From the NCBI GenBank assembly GCA_045837725.1, contig JBEWZL010000077.1, forward strand, positions 620,001 to 684,000: a stretch of DNA of 64,000 nt, given 5' to 3'. This document shows positions 35,601 through 48,928 of the stretch, one piece after another (the first letter of the stretch is position 1; every line of letters starts with the position of its first letter). The translations under genes and the position numbers were made by a program. This stretch comes from Vermamoeba vermiformis (Eukaryota). The notes under the pieces were generated by a model. That model did not search any database and was not told where the DNA came from. It was given only the letters and a program-made list of their open reading frames with translations.

Positions 35601-36022
35601 TGATCAGGATTAAGAACCTTAAAAAAGTGCAGCTTCAAGAGAGAAGTTGGCGTAAACTACCTGGAGACATAACTTATGGTACGTTAATGGAAAATTGCCT
35701 TTGCCTAGATCCGATCTAAATTTTTAAAGATCTTTAATTTTATTTTCTTTGTTTTAACATTGCACTAATGACTTTTTATTATTAAGATGGCTCGCAAGTG
35801 TTCACGTACACTCAGCCAAGCAATACGTGGATGACCTGGATCCGCAACGATTATTTCCGAGGAGGTCAATTGAATGTAGTGTCCGAACAGTGGCTTGATT
35901 CCATAATGCGCGAGGAAAATATTGATGGAAGACCTCAATACATCAATAATAAGGATGGAACTATGAGTTTAGAAATCACAATGCAGTTCATCGAACCTCA
36001 GATTAATGTTCCCAACTTGTAA
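32655..36022 (+). CDS. Uncharacterised pol-beta-like nucleotidyltransferase-fold protein with N-terminal BC-box-like motif, multi-exon
   Basis: LNWNNVLVVGGSVL..SDIDIYIYGL..TANTIT..IQIILR..ERIAKYFHRGY provides the GG + DxD nucleotidyltransferase signature. The N-terminal region has PPPLSSLCIVKI. The 3' exon structure is approximate. Confidence 0.65.
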
Positions 36023-36182
36023 CGCAGTTAATATTTTTGAAGGATCAATCGATTGAGTTCATAACAAATGAACTATTAAATTAATTAATATAATTGTTTA
36101 TTATTTCGCAAATATTTAAAAATACATTATAATTCGTGTTGTAATATAACAAAGTAATTTACAGGAGGTTTGTGTATATTGT

Positions 36183-39100
36183 TTAAGCGTTATTGTTTTG
36201 ATAGAACGGGTTAGAGCCTTCTTGGAACTTGCTCTGGTACAACGCAGAGGTCGTAGTCGCGTTCATGTTGCTCGTCAAGTCCTCGAAGTAGTTGTCAACT
36301 TGTTGGTTCTTCTTGCGTCTCAAGCGCCAGACGAGAACTGCGACACCAGCTACGGCGGCACCAGCAGAGACTGACAGAGCGATTGTCAAAGTGTTGTCGG
36401 GAGTGGTGGGAGTGCTGAGAAGGCCAGTGTCTTGCGCGATCAAGATGGTGAAGTTGAGCTGAGCGGACATAGCAGTGTTGTTCCAACCGATGTGGCCCAA
36501 GTCATCAACCACGATGGAAACAGGGAGCGATCCAACGCTAGGAGTGACGAAGTACAGAACGGGCATTAACGTGCGAATCTCAACTTGTGAAGTGGTGCAG
36601 TTGACGGTGATTGCTTCAGTTCCGTTGATGAACGTGCACGGATTGAAGGTGGACACGAGATCAAAGTAGCCAGCGGGGTCTTGAACTGTGATGAGCAAGT
36701 TGATGGGCTTGAGACCGCTGTCAATGTCGGCAACCACAAAGGCACCAAAGCCAGTGCGGGACAAGCCACTGTTGGAGTCTTTGACAGCTGTCACTGAAGT
36801 CGAGTTGGTCGAGATTGTAGGCGCGTCATTGACTGGGCGAACACGAATGATGGCGCGAACAAGACTTGAAGGAGCTTCAAAGTCATCATAAGCTTGCACG
36901 GCGAAAGTGGCAAAGTTTCTGTCGTCGTAAGCGTTAGGATCAGGCACGAACAACACCTTGAAGATGCCGGGAGTGATGGCAGGGACTAAGGCAGGAGGGA
37001 CGATCTTTTCGCCACGAGCGCACTCGTCTCCATTGCTAGTGTCGCAGAGGTACATCGCAGCATTAGCAGGCAATGTCGAAGTGATCTTGGTGGTCAAGCT
37101 GTCAAGAGGCGAGTCGATGTCGGTGACGTTCCATTGGAGCACGTATTCAGTGTCTTCGTCCATCACAACACGCTGAGGAACAACGTCGTAGAAGGGCACA
37201 ATGACTGGAGGATCGTTAACAGGAGTGACGTTGATGGTCACTGTGTAAGTAGCGCTCTGGAGGCCTTCGGAGTCGTACGTCACGAATGAGTACGTGGTGT
37301 AGTTGTTGCCGTTCTCGTTGGGCAAAGGAGTGAACAGCACTTGATGGAGCAAGTTCTCAATGTAGTCGCCGTTGGCAACAGGGATGCGGTTGCAAGGCTC
37401 AACATCGGCTTCACACACAAAGAGCAAGCCCTTGGAGACAGTTTGAGTGACACGCACTTGAGCAGGAGGCGGTGAGTCGGGATCGCGAATCGCTGCACCC
37501 AAGTTCATTGTGAGGGTAGCGTCTTCGTCACCAGTGAAAGTGAGAGGTCCGTTGTATGCGGCTGGTTTGTTGATGTGGTTCACGAACACCAAGGCAGTGT
37601 AAGTGGCAGCACTGATGCCTCCTTCAGTGTCGTACACTTGGAACTTGAGTTTGGCAAGAGGAACATCGTCAATCGTGTAAGTGTTCAACACAGGGACGTA
37701 ATAGAAGGACTTGGCATTGTTGGGCAAGAAGGCGTTGGATTGCACAGTAGCTGTCATGCTCTCGTCAGTGTAGAGCGTGCCAATGGTCGAAGGATCGATC
37801 GACACAATCTTGATGGTCAAGTTTGCAAGGGGAGTCTCCAAGTCGATTGCTGAGAGCGTGACGAGTACTGGAATGTCTTCGTCAGTGTAAGTCACTGAGT
37901 CTTGACTCTTGGGCAAGGTGTTGCTGTAAGAGATGTAGATCAACACAGTGTAGACGCTAGAGTCGTTCGTTCCGTCGAACAATCTGAAGGTGAAGCGAGT
38001 GAAGGGAGTCGCGGGATCAACGTAAATGCTGTCCAAGTTGGGAGGAGTGTAAGTGAATGACACGGCACTGGCAGGAGATGATGACGTGGTGAGGTCCAAA
38101 GTACCAGCATCAACGTTAGAGATCACATTCAAGCTGATATCTTCGGGGTTATTATCGACGTCTTCAGCAACAAAGTTTGTGATGACAACAGGAGTGTCGC
38201 GCGAAGTAACAACGACCTTGTCAGCGGAGACTGGCGGATCATTCACAGCTTGCACGTGAATGGTAGCAGTGACAACAGACGAGGTAAGACCAGACGGGTC
38301 GATGGCGTACCAAGTGAAGCTGTCGTCGCCATTTGAGTTCAAGAAGGGGCTGTACGAGATCTGCGACGTCGAGGCAGAGATCTTTTGGCCTTGAGTCACT
38401 TTAGCGCCACCAGATGTTACTATCAATTGACCGTTTGAAGGCAACGATGCAATAACAATCTGGAGCTGTCCAACGGTGTTGTCGACGTCATTGACTGAGC
38501 TGGAGAACGACAGAGCCACAGGTGTGTCTTCGAGAGTGTTAAACTCAACGTCACTGGCGGTGGGCGGTTGATTCACAAAGTTCACATTGATAACGCAAGT
38601 GTAGATAGGAGACTCGTTGTTTAAGGCACCACTCGAGTCGCGAATCTTGAAAGTAAACGTCGCGTAAGGAGTTCCGTAGCCATTCAAAACAGGAACGAAT
38701 TGAAGGTTCCAAGAGTCAGAAGGGCTGAAAACTCGTCCGGCGGCAATGTTACCGTTGCTTGCATCCTTCAAAGTACCAATGGTAGGGAGCGAGACAATCA
38801 CCAAGGACAACGTGTCAATCGTGTCGACGTCATCAGCAGGGAATGAGCTGAAAGTGTAGGCGATGTTCTCGTTGGTGGTTACGTTGAGATTTCGTGAGCT
38901 TGGCGCGTGATTGACGTGGTTGATAGTGATAGGAACTGTCACCACCGAAGAAGACGCGGTCAGTACGTCTTGCACAACGTAGCTGAAGGAGTCAGTGCCG
39001 TAAGTGATCTTCTTCGGGATGTACACGAAGGAGAAGCTTGTCAAGCCGTTGCCTGCAGTACCAGCGTAAGGAGTGGCAGTGGCAACCGAAGAGTTGCTAG

Positions 39101-42100
39101 GAGATTGCAACAACGTGCCAAGTTGAGGCAGTGACACGAGCATAATCTTCAAAGTAGTCGCGTGCACGCTGGAGTCAACATCAGTGCCAGACAGAGTGAC
39201 GATAACGGAGGTATCTTCGTCCACTGTAACAGGGGAAGCACTTGAGGTGGGCGGGGTGTTGGGCGTGACCGTCAACTTGACGTTGACAAAGTTGCTTGCA
39301 GCTGATGGAGGCGGTTGACCGATATCAGTTGCAAAGATATTGAAGCTGATAACGAGGTTATCTGGCGCGTAGTCAGAGGCCATCCATGACATTTGGAAGG
39401 ACATGGCGCTGCCGGTCGGGTTAGCCATGTTGGACTTCAAAGTGAGTTGAGAAGCGGTGTTAGTAAGGGCAGTGCCACCAACTAACTTGACAACACCGTT
39501 GGTGGTGCTTGCAAGAAGGGTGTGATTGGCAAGGAACACGCTAATGGCATCACCGTCATCGACGTCTTGCACAGTGACAGTGAAGATTACGGCAGTGTTA
39601 CGAGTGGACACAACACTCAAGGGAGATACTGACACCACTGGGGCGTTGTTGACAGCAGCCATGTTGATCGTGACTGTGTAAGGTGTAGCGCTGAACAAAG
39701 CACCATCGAACACGTAGTAAGTGAACGAAGTAGCACCGTTCCAGTACTGCGTGGAAGAGAAGATGATGGTCTTGTTGGAGAACAATTGGTAAGGCGCGTA
39801 ACCAACAGTATCGCTTGGAGAGGCAATCAAAGAGCCTGCAGTAGACGAAGGCAAGCTGCTGAGTTGAATTTGCAGATCAGCCTTGGTATTGTCAACATCG
39901 TTGATGTAGCTTGTGAAGTCGATGATCAAAGGAACATCTTCGGAGCCATTAACAGTGAAGCTCGAGCCAGTGGGGGCTTGGTTGACAAAGTTGACGTTCA
40001 CTGTCACGTTATACTCAGGGGAAAAGGCGCCAGCTGAATCTTGCATCTTAAACGTGAAGTACGTGTAAGGTGTGCCATAACCGTTCAACACGGGGTTGTA
40101 ACGGATTTGCCAGCTACCAGCTGCGATGCTCGTAGGAACGGTCGAGTATGGAGTGCTAGAGGCAGCAGGCAGAAGGGATCCGAGTGGCGGCAACTTCGTG
40201 ATGATCAATGTGTGGGTGTCAATCTTGTCAGGATCGCTGACAGAGAACTGAGTAATGGTGTAGACTGTATTCTCGTCCAAAGTGATGCTGAACGGCGCAG
40301 ATGATGGGGCGTGGTTCACGTGGTTAATGGTAATGCTAACAGTGATCACGTTGGAAGTAGATCCAAGCACATCGGTGAAGTAGAACGAGAACGAATCAGA
40401 TCCGTAAGTGTAAAGAGTGGGGCGATAGTTCAACAAGTAGTACGTCGTGTTCGAAGTAGTGCTTGCAGAGCTCAGAGTAGTCGCAGTAGTGACGTCATTG
40501 CCGGCGTTGACAAGAGTACCGAGCTTAGGCGTGGTCAGCAAAGTCGCAACAAGAGTCGTGCCTTGACCAGCGTCAGGGTCGTAGCCTTCAATGCGAATGC
40601 CGCTGAACGTAGTGTCTTCGTTGGTTGTTACGGCTGTCGTCTGATAAGCAACAGGAGGCTTGTTCTGGCTGACAGTCAAACTGACAGTCACAGAGCTCGA
40701 CAGCGAGCCTTGATCAGCGACAGTGAGGGTTACGGCTCCAGAGAGCGTGTTTGATGAAGAGGCAGATGGAGTCCAAGTCAAGTCAATCTTCTTGGATGTA
40801 CCGTCGTTGTTCGAGTAAGTGATAACTGACACAACAGCCAAGTAACCAATGTTGGTTGCAGGAGAAACAACAGCAACAGCGCCGTCCGATGAAGTAACGT
40901 TGTTGCCCGAGGCCGTGACGGTCAGAGTGTCACCGACGTCAAAGTCTTGCACATAAATCGAGAAGGTGCGAGCAGTCAAGCGATCAGCAAGAACAGATGT
41001 GCTCGTAGAAGTGATAACAGGAGCGTGGTTGACGTGGTTGATTGTAACTTGAACAGTGTAAGTGGTAGCCGAGAAGAGCAAGCCATCAAACACGGAGTAC
41101 GTGAAGCTGATAGTGCTGTACTTGTACAACACCAAATTCAAGTACACGGTCTGACCGTTGAGCGTAGTACCAACTGACACGTCATCAGTAGTGCTGCTGG
41201 ATGATTGGCGAAGAGTGGCGTAAGTACTCGAGGGCAGCGAGTTGATGCGAATCTTCAAAGATGCCACGCTGTTATCAACATCAGCGATCAAGCTCGAGAA
41301 ATCAATTGTGATCGGAGTGTTCTCGTTGGTTGACAAGCTGGTGTTTGAGCCAGTTGGAGCCTGGTTGACGAAATTGACACTGATAGTTACAGTCGCAGTG
41401 CTTGAATCACTGTTGGCTGTACCACTCGAGTCACGGATCTTGAAGGTAAAAGTAGCGTAGTTGTCGCCGTAGTCATTCAAGCCAGGAGTGTATTGTAGTT
41501 TCCAAGAGACGTTAGGGGCGAAAACTTGGCCGGCTGAGATTGCACCACCAGTGCTAGTCTTCAGGGTGCCCTTCGTGGGAAGACTGACGATCACCAATGA
41601 CAGAGTGTCAATGTTGTCCACGTCGTTGGCAGGGAAGCCACCGAATGTGTACACTGTGTTCTCGTCAAGAGAGATAGCAAAATCGTTGGTAGTGGGGGCG
41701 TGATTGACATGAGTCACATTGATAGGAACGACTGTAGTGGCAGAGGAAGCGCCAAGAGGGTCAGTAAAGTAGAAGCTGAATGAGTCGCCGGGATTGTTCA
41801 AGTAAGGCTTGTAAGACACTGAGTAAGTTGATGAGCTTGCGTCAGTCGTGCTCGGGACATTGAACGAAGATCCAGCAGTGACTTGAGTGCTTCCGAACCA
41901 GAGCTCACCATTGTTAGGAACGGTGACAAAAGTAATGGACAAGCTAGTGGCTTGAACATTTGAGTCAGGATCAGTTCCCTTCAAGTTGATCGCGTTGATT
42001 GTCGTGTCTTCGTCAGTGGCAGGATTGTAGCTACCAACGACAGTGGGAGGTTGATTGCTAGCAACCTTCAATGTAACGCGAACAGAGGCGCTGGTGATTG

Positions 42101-45100
42101 AAGGAGCGGGCTGACCTTGGTCCTTAGCAGCCAAGTCAATGTAGGCGCTGAAGCTGTCAGGAGTGAGATCACCAGGGATCCATGTCAAACTAACACCCAA
42201 CGGAGAACCATTTGGATTGACAATAGTGTCAACATTTCGGTTGGTCAATGAGCCGCTATTGAGAGTAGTGCTGCCGTACTTGAGCGAACCGGTGGTTTGT
42301 GAGGGAGCCGCCAAGTTCGAGCCAACAATGACCAAAGTCAAGTTGTCGTACCAATCTAAGTCTTGCATGGTAGCCGTGAAGCTGCTGCCAGTAACTCTAC
42401 GTGCAGTAACTGTGGCAGGTGCAGAGATGGTGGGAGCGTTGTTAACAGGGTTAATGACGATTGTCACTGTCGCAGGACTGCTCGACAATTGCCCATCAGA
42501 CGACTGGTATCTGAATGTCGGGTTACTGAACCAGAGTCTGTTCACATAAGCAACAGGAACGAAGGTCACAGTACTGGTTGCAGAAATCTGGGTACCCACA
42601 GAAAGTTGAGTAGTGCCGACCATTAGTTTGCCCAATGAGGAATCAGGGAGCGATGCAATAATGATTTGCAAGGGACCATTCTCAACGTCAGCAATGTTGC
42701 TTGAGAACGGAAGAGTGACTGAAGTTCCTTCGTTCGTTGTGACAGTGAAGTCCGAAGCAGTGGGAGCTTGATTGACAAAGTTGACGTTGATAGTAGCAAC
42801 GAAAGTCCTTGAGTCATTCTTGCCGTCGTTGAACTTGTACTCGAATGTGGTGTAGGGCGATCCATACTCATTGAGAGCTGGGTTGTAGATCAAGCCAAAG
42901 TCTGACAGGGTAGCAGGCAGAGAACCGAGGGCGGAGCCGTCACTGCGCTTCAAAGTGCCCTTAGTTACCGACTTGGTGACGATCATAGTGATAGGGTCAT
43001 TATCAATGTCAGTTGCGCTGATTTGAGTGATCGTCAACTGCGCGTTCTCATCGACTGTCAAAGTCACGTTGCTGGAGGTTGGCGGGTAGTTCACAAAGTT
43101 CACCACGATGGTAACGGTGCCGACGGACGACTGCAACAAGCCAGTGTCTTGAGCGTAGTAGTTGAACGATGTAGTGCCATAGTAGTACTGAGTAGGAGTA
43201 AACAGCACTTGGTTGTTCAAGGCGGCGTTACCAGCGGACAGTTGAGTGGAGAGCGAAGCACCGCCAAACAACTTGCCAGCAGTAGATGAAGGCAGAGTTG
43301 ATAAATAGACTTGAGGAGTCGGACTGTCAATATCAGCGATGTAGTTAGCAAAGTTGATCGTGCGAAGAGCAGTGCTAGGCTCATCTCTGTTAATGGTGAT
43401 AGTGAAATTTTGCACGGTCGGTGCTCTGTTCACGTGAATGATGTTGACTTGAATAGAACCTGCAGTCGTTGCACAACCGTCATTAGCCAAGATAGGAATG
43501 GTAATGTTGCCGTAGAAGCCCGGCACATTTACGATGTTGAATAGCGTGGATGTAGGGTAAAAAGTGCTTGTGATGGCAGTTAAGCCGAAAGCCGTGGTGA
43601 TGACAGCATTTGAGGGAAGAGAAGTGAAACTGAAGCTCAGAGTATTCGAATCAGCATCAGTGATAGCGCTAGCGAGAGAGAACGTAAGCGAGCTGTCATC
43701 GTTGAAAGTCAAAGTCGTTGGCTGAATGACTGGAGGACTGTTGACAATAACGTTGACCTTGGCAACTCCGTAGCCCCAAATAGTGAAAGGGAAGACCATC
43801 GGTGACGCGGTAGGAGTTTGGCCAATCGGGAAGTTCATGGTGACGTTCAACCAGTTCACACCGAGAGAAGTAGAGGTGAGTGTCATCGGGGTAATCAACG
43901 AAGTCAAGCTGGGGTTAGAAGGAGTAATGGCAGCGTAGGTAGCAAGGGTTGCAATGAGCGAGTTGGCCCTAGTTGCAAAGCTCGGGAAAGTGGTTGTTTC
44001 GCCGAAGCCTCCGAAGGGAATGTTCAAAGCATTCCAAACGGAGGTGCTTCCAGTAATAGACACTCCAACAGGCACAACATTCGCATTTGATGCCGCGAGA
44101 ATGAATGAGCTAGCACCGGCAGAAAAAGAGTTCGGATTCTTGGTCACGATGACCAGAGTGGAAAGGGCAGAAACACCGAGGTTGCTTCTCCAACCAATAG
44201 TAGCCGTGTTGATGATTGTAGTGACAGGAGGAAGGATCGATGCAACAGTAGGAGTACCCAAAGCGGCGTTGTTAAATTGATTAACAATGCTCGTTCGATC
44301 GGTGCTGAGAGCAACGACATCCGTGGAAGTGCCGCGCAATACAGCGTAACCGACTTGAACAGTGGAGTAAGCAGATCCAACAAGGTTGACGAGAGCATTG
44401 AACTCAGTCCTATAAGTCATCGTTAGTACTTATATCGTGACGAGAGGAGTGCAGCTTGATCTTACTTGGCGGTTGACCATTCGGCCGCAGAAAAGCCTCC
44501 TGCATCGAAAGCAACGAACAAGTCAAGACGGCGTGCAGAGTTGGCGACAACGTTGATGGAGAATGGAACCAACAAAGGAGAAGAGATCGTGTTGGACAAG
44601 AACACCGTGTAACTAGTAGGGTCCAACGTAGCGCTTGTCGTGACTCCAATCGGTGTACGAGTGAGGATAAAAGAACTAGTGTTGTTATTGCAAACTTTGT
44701 TCTCAAAGCCAGTGCAGCCAGAAACTTGGTAGTTAGATCGAAGCAAGATGCGGTACTTGCAAGGCGTTGTTGAAAGCGGAGCGTAGCAAGTGTTATCTTG
44801 AGAGAAGGTGTTTACACCGATCGTAGCCGGAGAACAGGGCGCTCCGGATGGAAGATAACAAGCCCCGTTAGCCATGATCAAAAACGAAGTGGATGCTGAT
44901 CCCGACCAGACGAATTTGCTTGAACCAACAGCAGCAAGGTCGGCAAGAACGTTAGTAGTCGGACTGGCAATGCTATATCCAGCGGGAATCCGGATAAACG
45001 AGGAACAAGCTAAAAATAGGAAATTTAGCACTTTGCGGATAAATTCCCAGTGATTACACATTAATCTCACCTTGAGAACCGGATGCTTCCAACAACGCGT

Positions 45101-46156
45101 ATTGATAGCAACTGCTGGTGGCCGTCGTGAGTAATGAGCCGGCAAGACAACCTTGCACAGTGCCTATCAAAAAATTAATTTACGTTAATACCCGTTAACG
45201 CTGCATCCGATAAATTACAATTTGTTAATTAACTTGTTAGTGATAAAAATTAGTGCGGATATTTTATCTTACCGTTAATAACCGGCGGAATGGGAGTCGA
45301 ATTGAAAGATCCGCTGACCATGTTGAAAAAGAACATTACGTCGTTCTGCAATAACTGTAAGTAAAGTTTTTGATGTAAAGATAATATATGACTTACGTAA
45401 TCGGAATCACCAAGACTGCCGTCTTCGAAACCGAAAACGACGCGATCGTTGAACATAGCCCAACTTGTGTGCTTGTATCCGTCATAGTTTGTGATTAAAG
45501 GGGTGGTCAAACTGTACAATATCGACCTTGTAGCGGTGTTCACTGGGTTAGTATTGTTGGTCCAAGCGTTTACGAGGATATAGAAGCCGATGATGGTGTT
45601 GGCTGGGAACGGGCCAAGTGTCACTGTATAGCCTGCATTCATGCAGCCGGCAGGGCCGTAGACAGGGGCCACGTCCTTCAACAAATTGTAGAGCAGGATA
45701 GGTCCGGGAGCAGCAATGCCTCTGGATGTTTGATTCAAAATGAAGTAGCCGAACGAGTTTCTGTTGCCCGTGATTGACAGAATGTAAGTCAAATTGAACA
45801 CGGCGTTATCGCTAGTTGTCTGGAGATACACGTCCGTGTTCGTGTTGATGATTAAAGGGTTCGGTTTTAGCGTTTCAGGAAAAGTGTTGCGGATCGTTGC
45901 AACGAAATCTGAAGTGACCGCAGGATTCGGGAAGATGTTGGAAATATTGACCGCAGAACGCTCTAGATTTAACAATATAAAGATTAAAAATTGCCGCGTT
46001 GCAATTTATGTGGTTTATAAACTTACGATTAGCAACGCACATTGACCAACTGATTCCATTAGCAAAAGTCACGTTAGTATACTGCCCGTTCAGTATTTGA
46101 GCGTCGGAGCTTGCAATCCAAAAGATTACTAGAAGCAACGCATAATGGATCCGCAT
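36183..46156 (-). CDS. Giant (~3200 aa) type I membrane adhesin, Sib (similar to integrin beta)-like: signal peptide, DUF4114-like segment, VWA-like domain, ~21 cadherin/Big-like repeats, TM and NPxY tail
   Basis: Signal peptide MRIHYALLLVIFWIASSDA, GFEDGSLGDSDYNDV after splicing, LDLFVAFD VWA-like strand, N-x-[AP]-P..DxD repeats, TM SAGAAVAGVAVLVW and tail ..SALY..NPFY. The terminal exon is 36183-44409. Confidence 0.85.
38240..43092 (-). repeat. Coding higher-order repeat: 4-domain unit of about 1.39-1.40 kb, ~3.5 copies
   Basis: Equivalent repeat starts NYPP/NHAP..[DN]EN fall at ~43092, ~41705, ~40316 and ~38912. Each of these domains ends in VNFVNQ. Confidence 0.75.
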
Positions 46157-47148
46157 TGCAGTTGTGGGCTTCGTTAATTTATGGTTTAAAAAGTTCGGAA
46201 AATTTGGCAAGTAAGTATTTAACGTGGAATTAATCCACCTCCGTCCGAGATTAAAGCCATATATGGAAGTACCCGTTAATAAATCTCAAATTACGCGAGA
46301 TTTTAAACCACGGAACCTCGGATCTGAATGCCACAGCGAATTGCAAAGCGAATCGAATTGCATCTCAATTCCTAAATAAATGCACGTAAGTAACAACTCG
46401 GAGAACACAAAATGTTTTCTTGAATAAAGCTCGCGAGCTTTAATTGGGAGATGTGGAGGCGGGAAACAGCCGGTTGACCTCGAAAAATCGAATATAACGT
46501 GATAAAATTAGTAAAATTATTGTAGTTAACAGCCATAATAATTCCTTAATTTACGCATACCTTACCGCGGATTTAAATTTGAGATATGAGGTTCGTTGAT
46601 GCAACTTATTCATCTGTATGTAATCATCCTATTTTTTGTTGTTATTGCGAATGAGATGCAGTTGTCGTGTTGCTGTTGTAACAGATCGTATCTGGACGAT
46701 TTTTGTGGATTAATGGCCGTGCAAGATATCTGACGCGATTACCGCCGAAAAAATGAGTGAATTTTCTCGTCATCATTTGGTAATGATAAGGACAGCGTTG
46801 ACTTGAACGAATGTCATGACTCTTTTAAAAAAAATTGTGATCTGGATTTACCAGGGCGCCGATGTTCTAGAACGAAGCAGCTGTCTTTTTTTTACTCCTG
46901 TAACCTGAACGTGATAAGGCGTAGTATTTATAACGCAAAGGGTTCCTAATTACAGGTGCCCAGATTATCACGATCCGAAATCCAGCCAGGTAAAAACAAC
47001 AATACAGTAAATAATACCTTGCCGTCAATTATTTATTATGCGTTATGGGAATATAATATAATTAACATTATTAAATGTCACCAACTTTTGATACAACCTT
47101 GGCAAGCAATTACATTACATCTGTAAAAATTAATTTAAAAAATGTAGA

Positions 47149-48809
47149 ATGCAAGTAGAAACAGCTGAACAAGCAGCGGAGGTCGGAAATGCCAAGATCC
47201 AAGAAGGAAAATTTTCTTTGGCTCACGAAATATTAAAACTCGGCAACGAACGCTTCCCAAACCACCCAGCAATTTTACGCTTCTTAGGCGTAGCAAAATT
47301 TCATATAGGAGACGATGTAGGAGCATTGCAAGTATTATTCAAGGCCCTAGAATCAAATAAGTCGGATGTGATGGTTTTGAGCTACCTTGGCGCAACAGAA
47401 TTTATGGTTGGCAAATATACAGAGGCCTTAGAACATTTAAATAATGCCTTGACGATCGATCCGAACCACGTATTCACATTAGTCAAGCGCGGAGAAGTCA
47501 AACGAAAATTAGGCGAATTTGAAGACGCCATTAAAGATTTCGATAGAGCCTATGAATTAGATCCGTCAGATTTATTCAATCTATCATTTAGAGGCGAAGG
47601 TAACACGATCATATTTAATATCTAATATTATCTTTGTAAATATTTTATTGTCTAAATTTCGTCCATAATAATAATTTATACTGTCAAGTCTTTGCAAGGA
47701 TTTTTTTGCTCTTATTAATATTATATTATTTGCTAGCGAAGAGATTTATTGATCCCCGAGCAGCTCTTGAAGATTTTAACAAAGTTCTTGCCGTCCAACC
47801 AACCCAAGTTTTTGCCCTTCAACGACGCGGAGAAATTAAACGAATGCTCGGAGATTATCAAGGCGCGTTAGAAGATTTAAATCAATGTTGTAGTTTGGGC
47901 GAGCCAGACGCGTTTACCTTACAGTCACTCGGATCTGTCAAGCGAACGTTAGGCGATCTAGAAGGATCGTTAGACGCGTTCAATAGAGCTCTGAGATTAC
48001 AACCTACAAGTTGGTATATATTACGTGGCCGCGGATTAACAAAAATGGACTTAGAAGACGACGCTGGAGCACTGGAAGATCTGGCACGTGCGAACCAAAT
48101 CGAGCCAAATGATAAAGGCACGCTGCATCAAATGGGCATAGCACTATATAATTTGAAGATGTTCACGGAGGCTATTAATGTCTTGACGAAAGCTCTGCAA
48201 ACGAACGGATATGACGAAGGCGATGTTGAAATTTACAAGTTCAGAGGACTTTCATTTGCACAATTGAAACAATATGAACAAGCGTTCCACGACCTGGATA
48301 TATCACATCATATAGACTCGTCTGATGTATTCGTACTGATGACTTGCGGCGGCTTGAAGCGGATGTGCGACAGAAAAGAAGAGGCTCTCGAAGACTTTAC
48401 TTTAGCATTACAAATCGAACCTAACAACGTTGAGGCGTTGCAACGAATAGGTAATTATTGTTCCTTAGACTGCTCTAATTGTACAACCTAATTGCATCCT
48501 ACTTGGATCCGGCAGACAGCTTTTTTCCTAACCAACGATATTTTAAGCCCATATTAATTTCGTAATATAATAGGTGAAGTTAAACGTGCATTAGGAGATT
48601 TACATGGATCATTGGTGGATCTTAACAAAGCTGACGCGATTGAGCCAAACGATCCAGACACGCTCAAACAACGAGGAGTCACTAAAAAGATGATGAATGA
48701 CATTAAAGGTGCATTCGAAGACCTTTCTAAGGCTGTTACACTCGCGCCACATGATACTTTCGCAAAAACACATCTGCAGGGTGTCGCGTTGTTAATGCAC
48801 CCGAAATAG
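47149..48809 (+). CDS. Tetratricopeptide repeat protein, 3 exons
   Basis: Tandem 34-aa TPRs of the form RGEVKRxLGDxxGALxDFxRAxxLxP. Confidence 0.9.
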
Positions 48810-48928
48810 CTTTGATTGTAGAGCCATGTTAATAGTAACGCCATAATAGGCAATTCAATGTGAATAAAGACAAAATTGTTTCATTTTATTATTTACAAGC
48901 CGAAAATATTTTATAAATAAAGTCGATG

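Noticed and set aside
36295-44400. Many 60-150 aa alternative-frame and antisense ORFs over the adhesin gene
   Set aside because: Shadow ORFs caused by the codon bias of the long real exon; they have no recognisable motifs.
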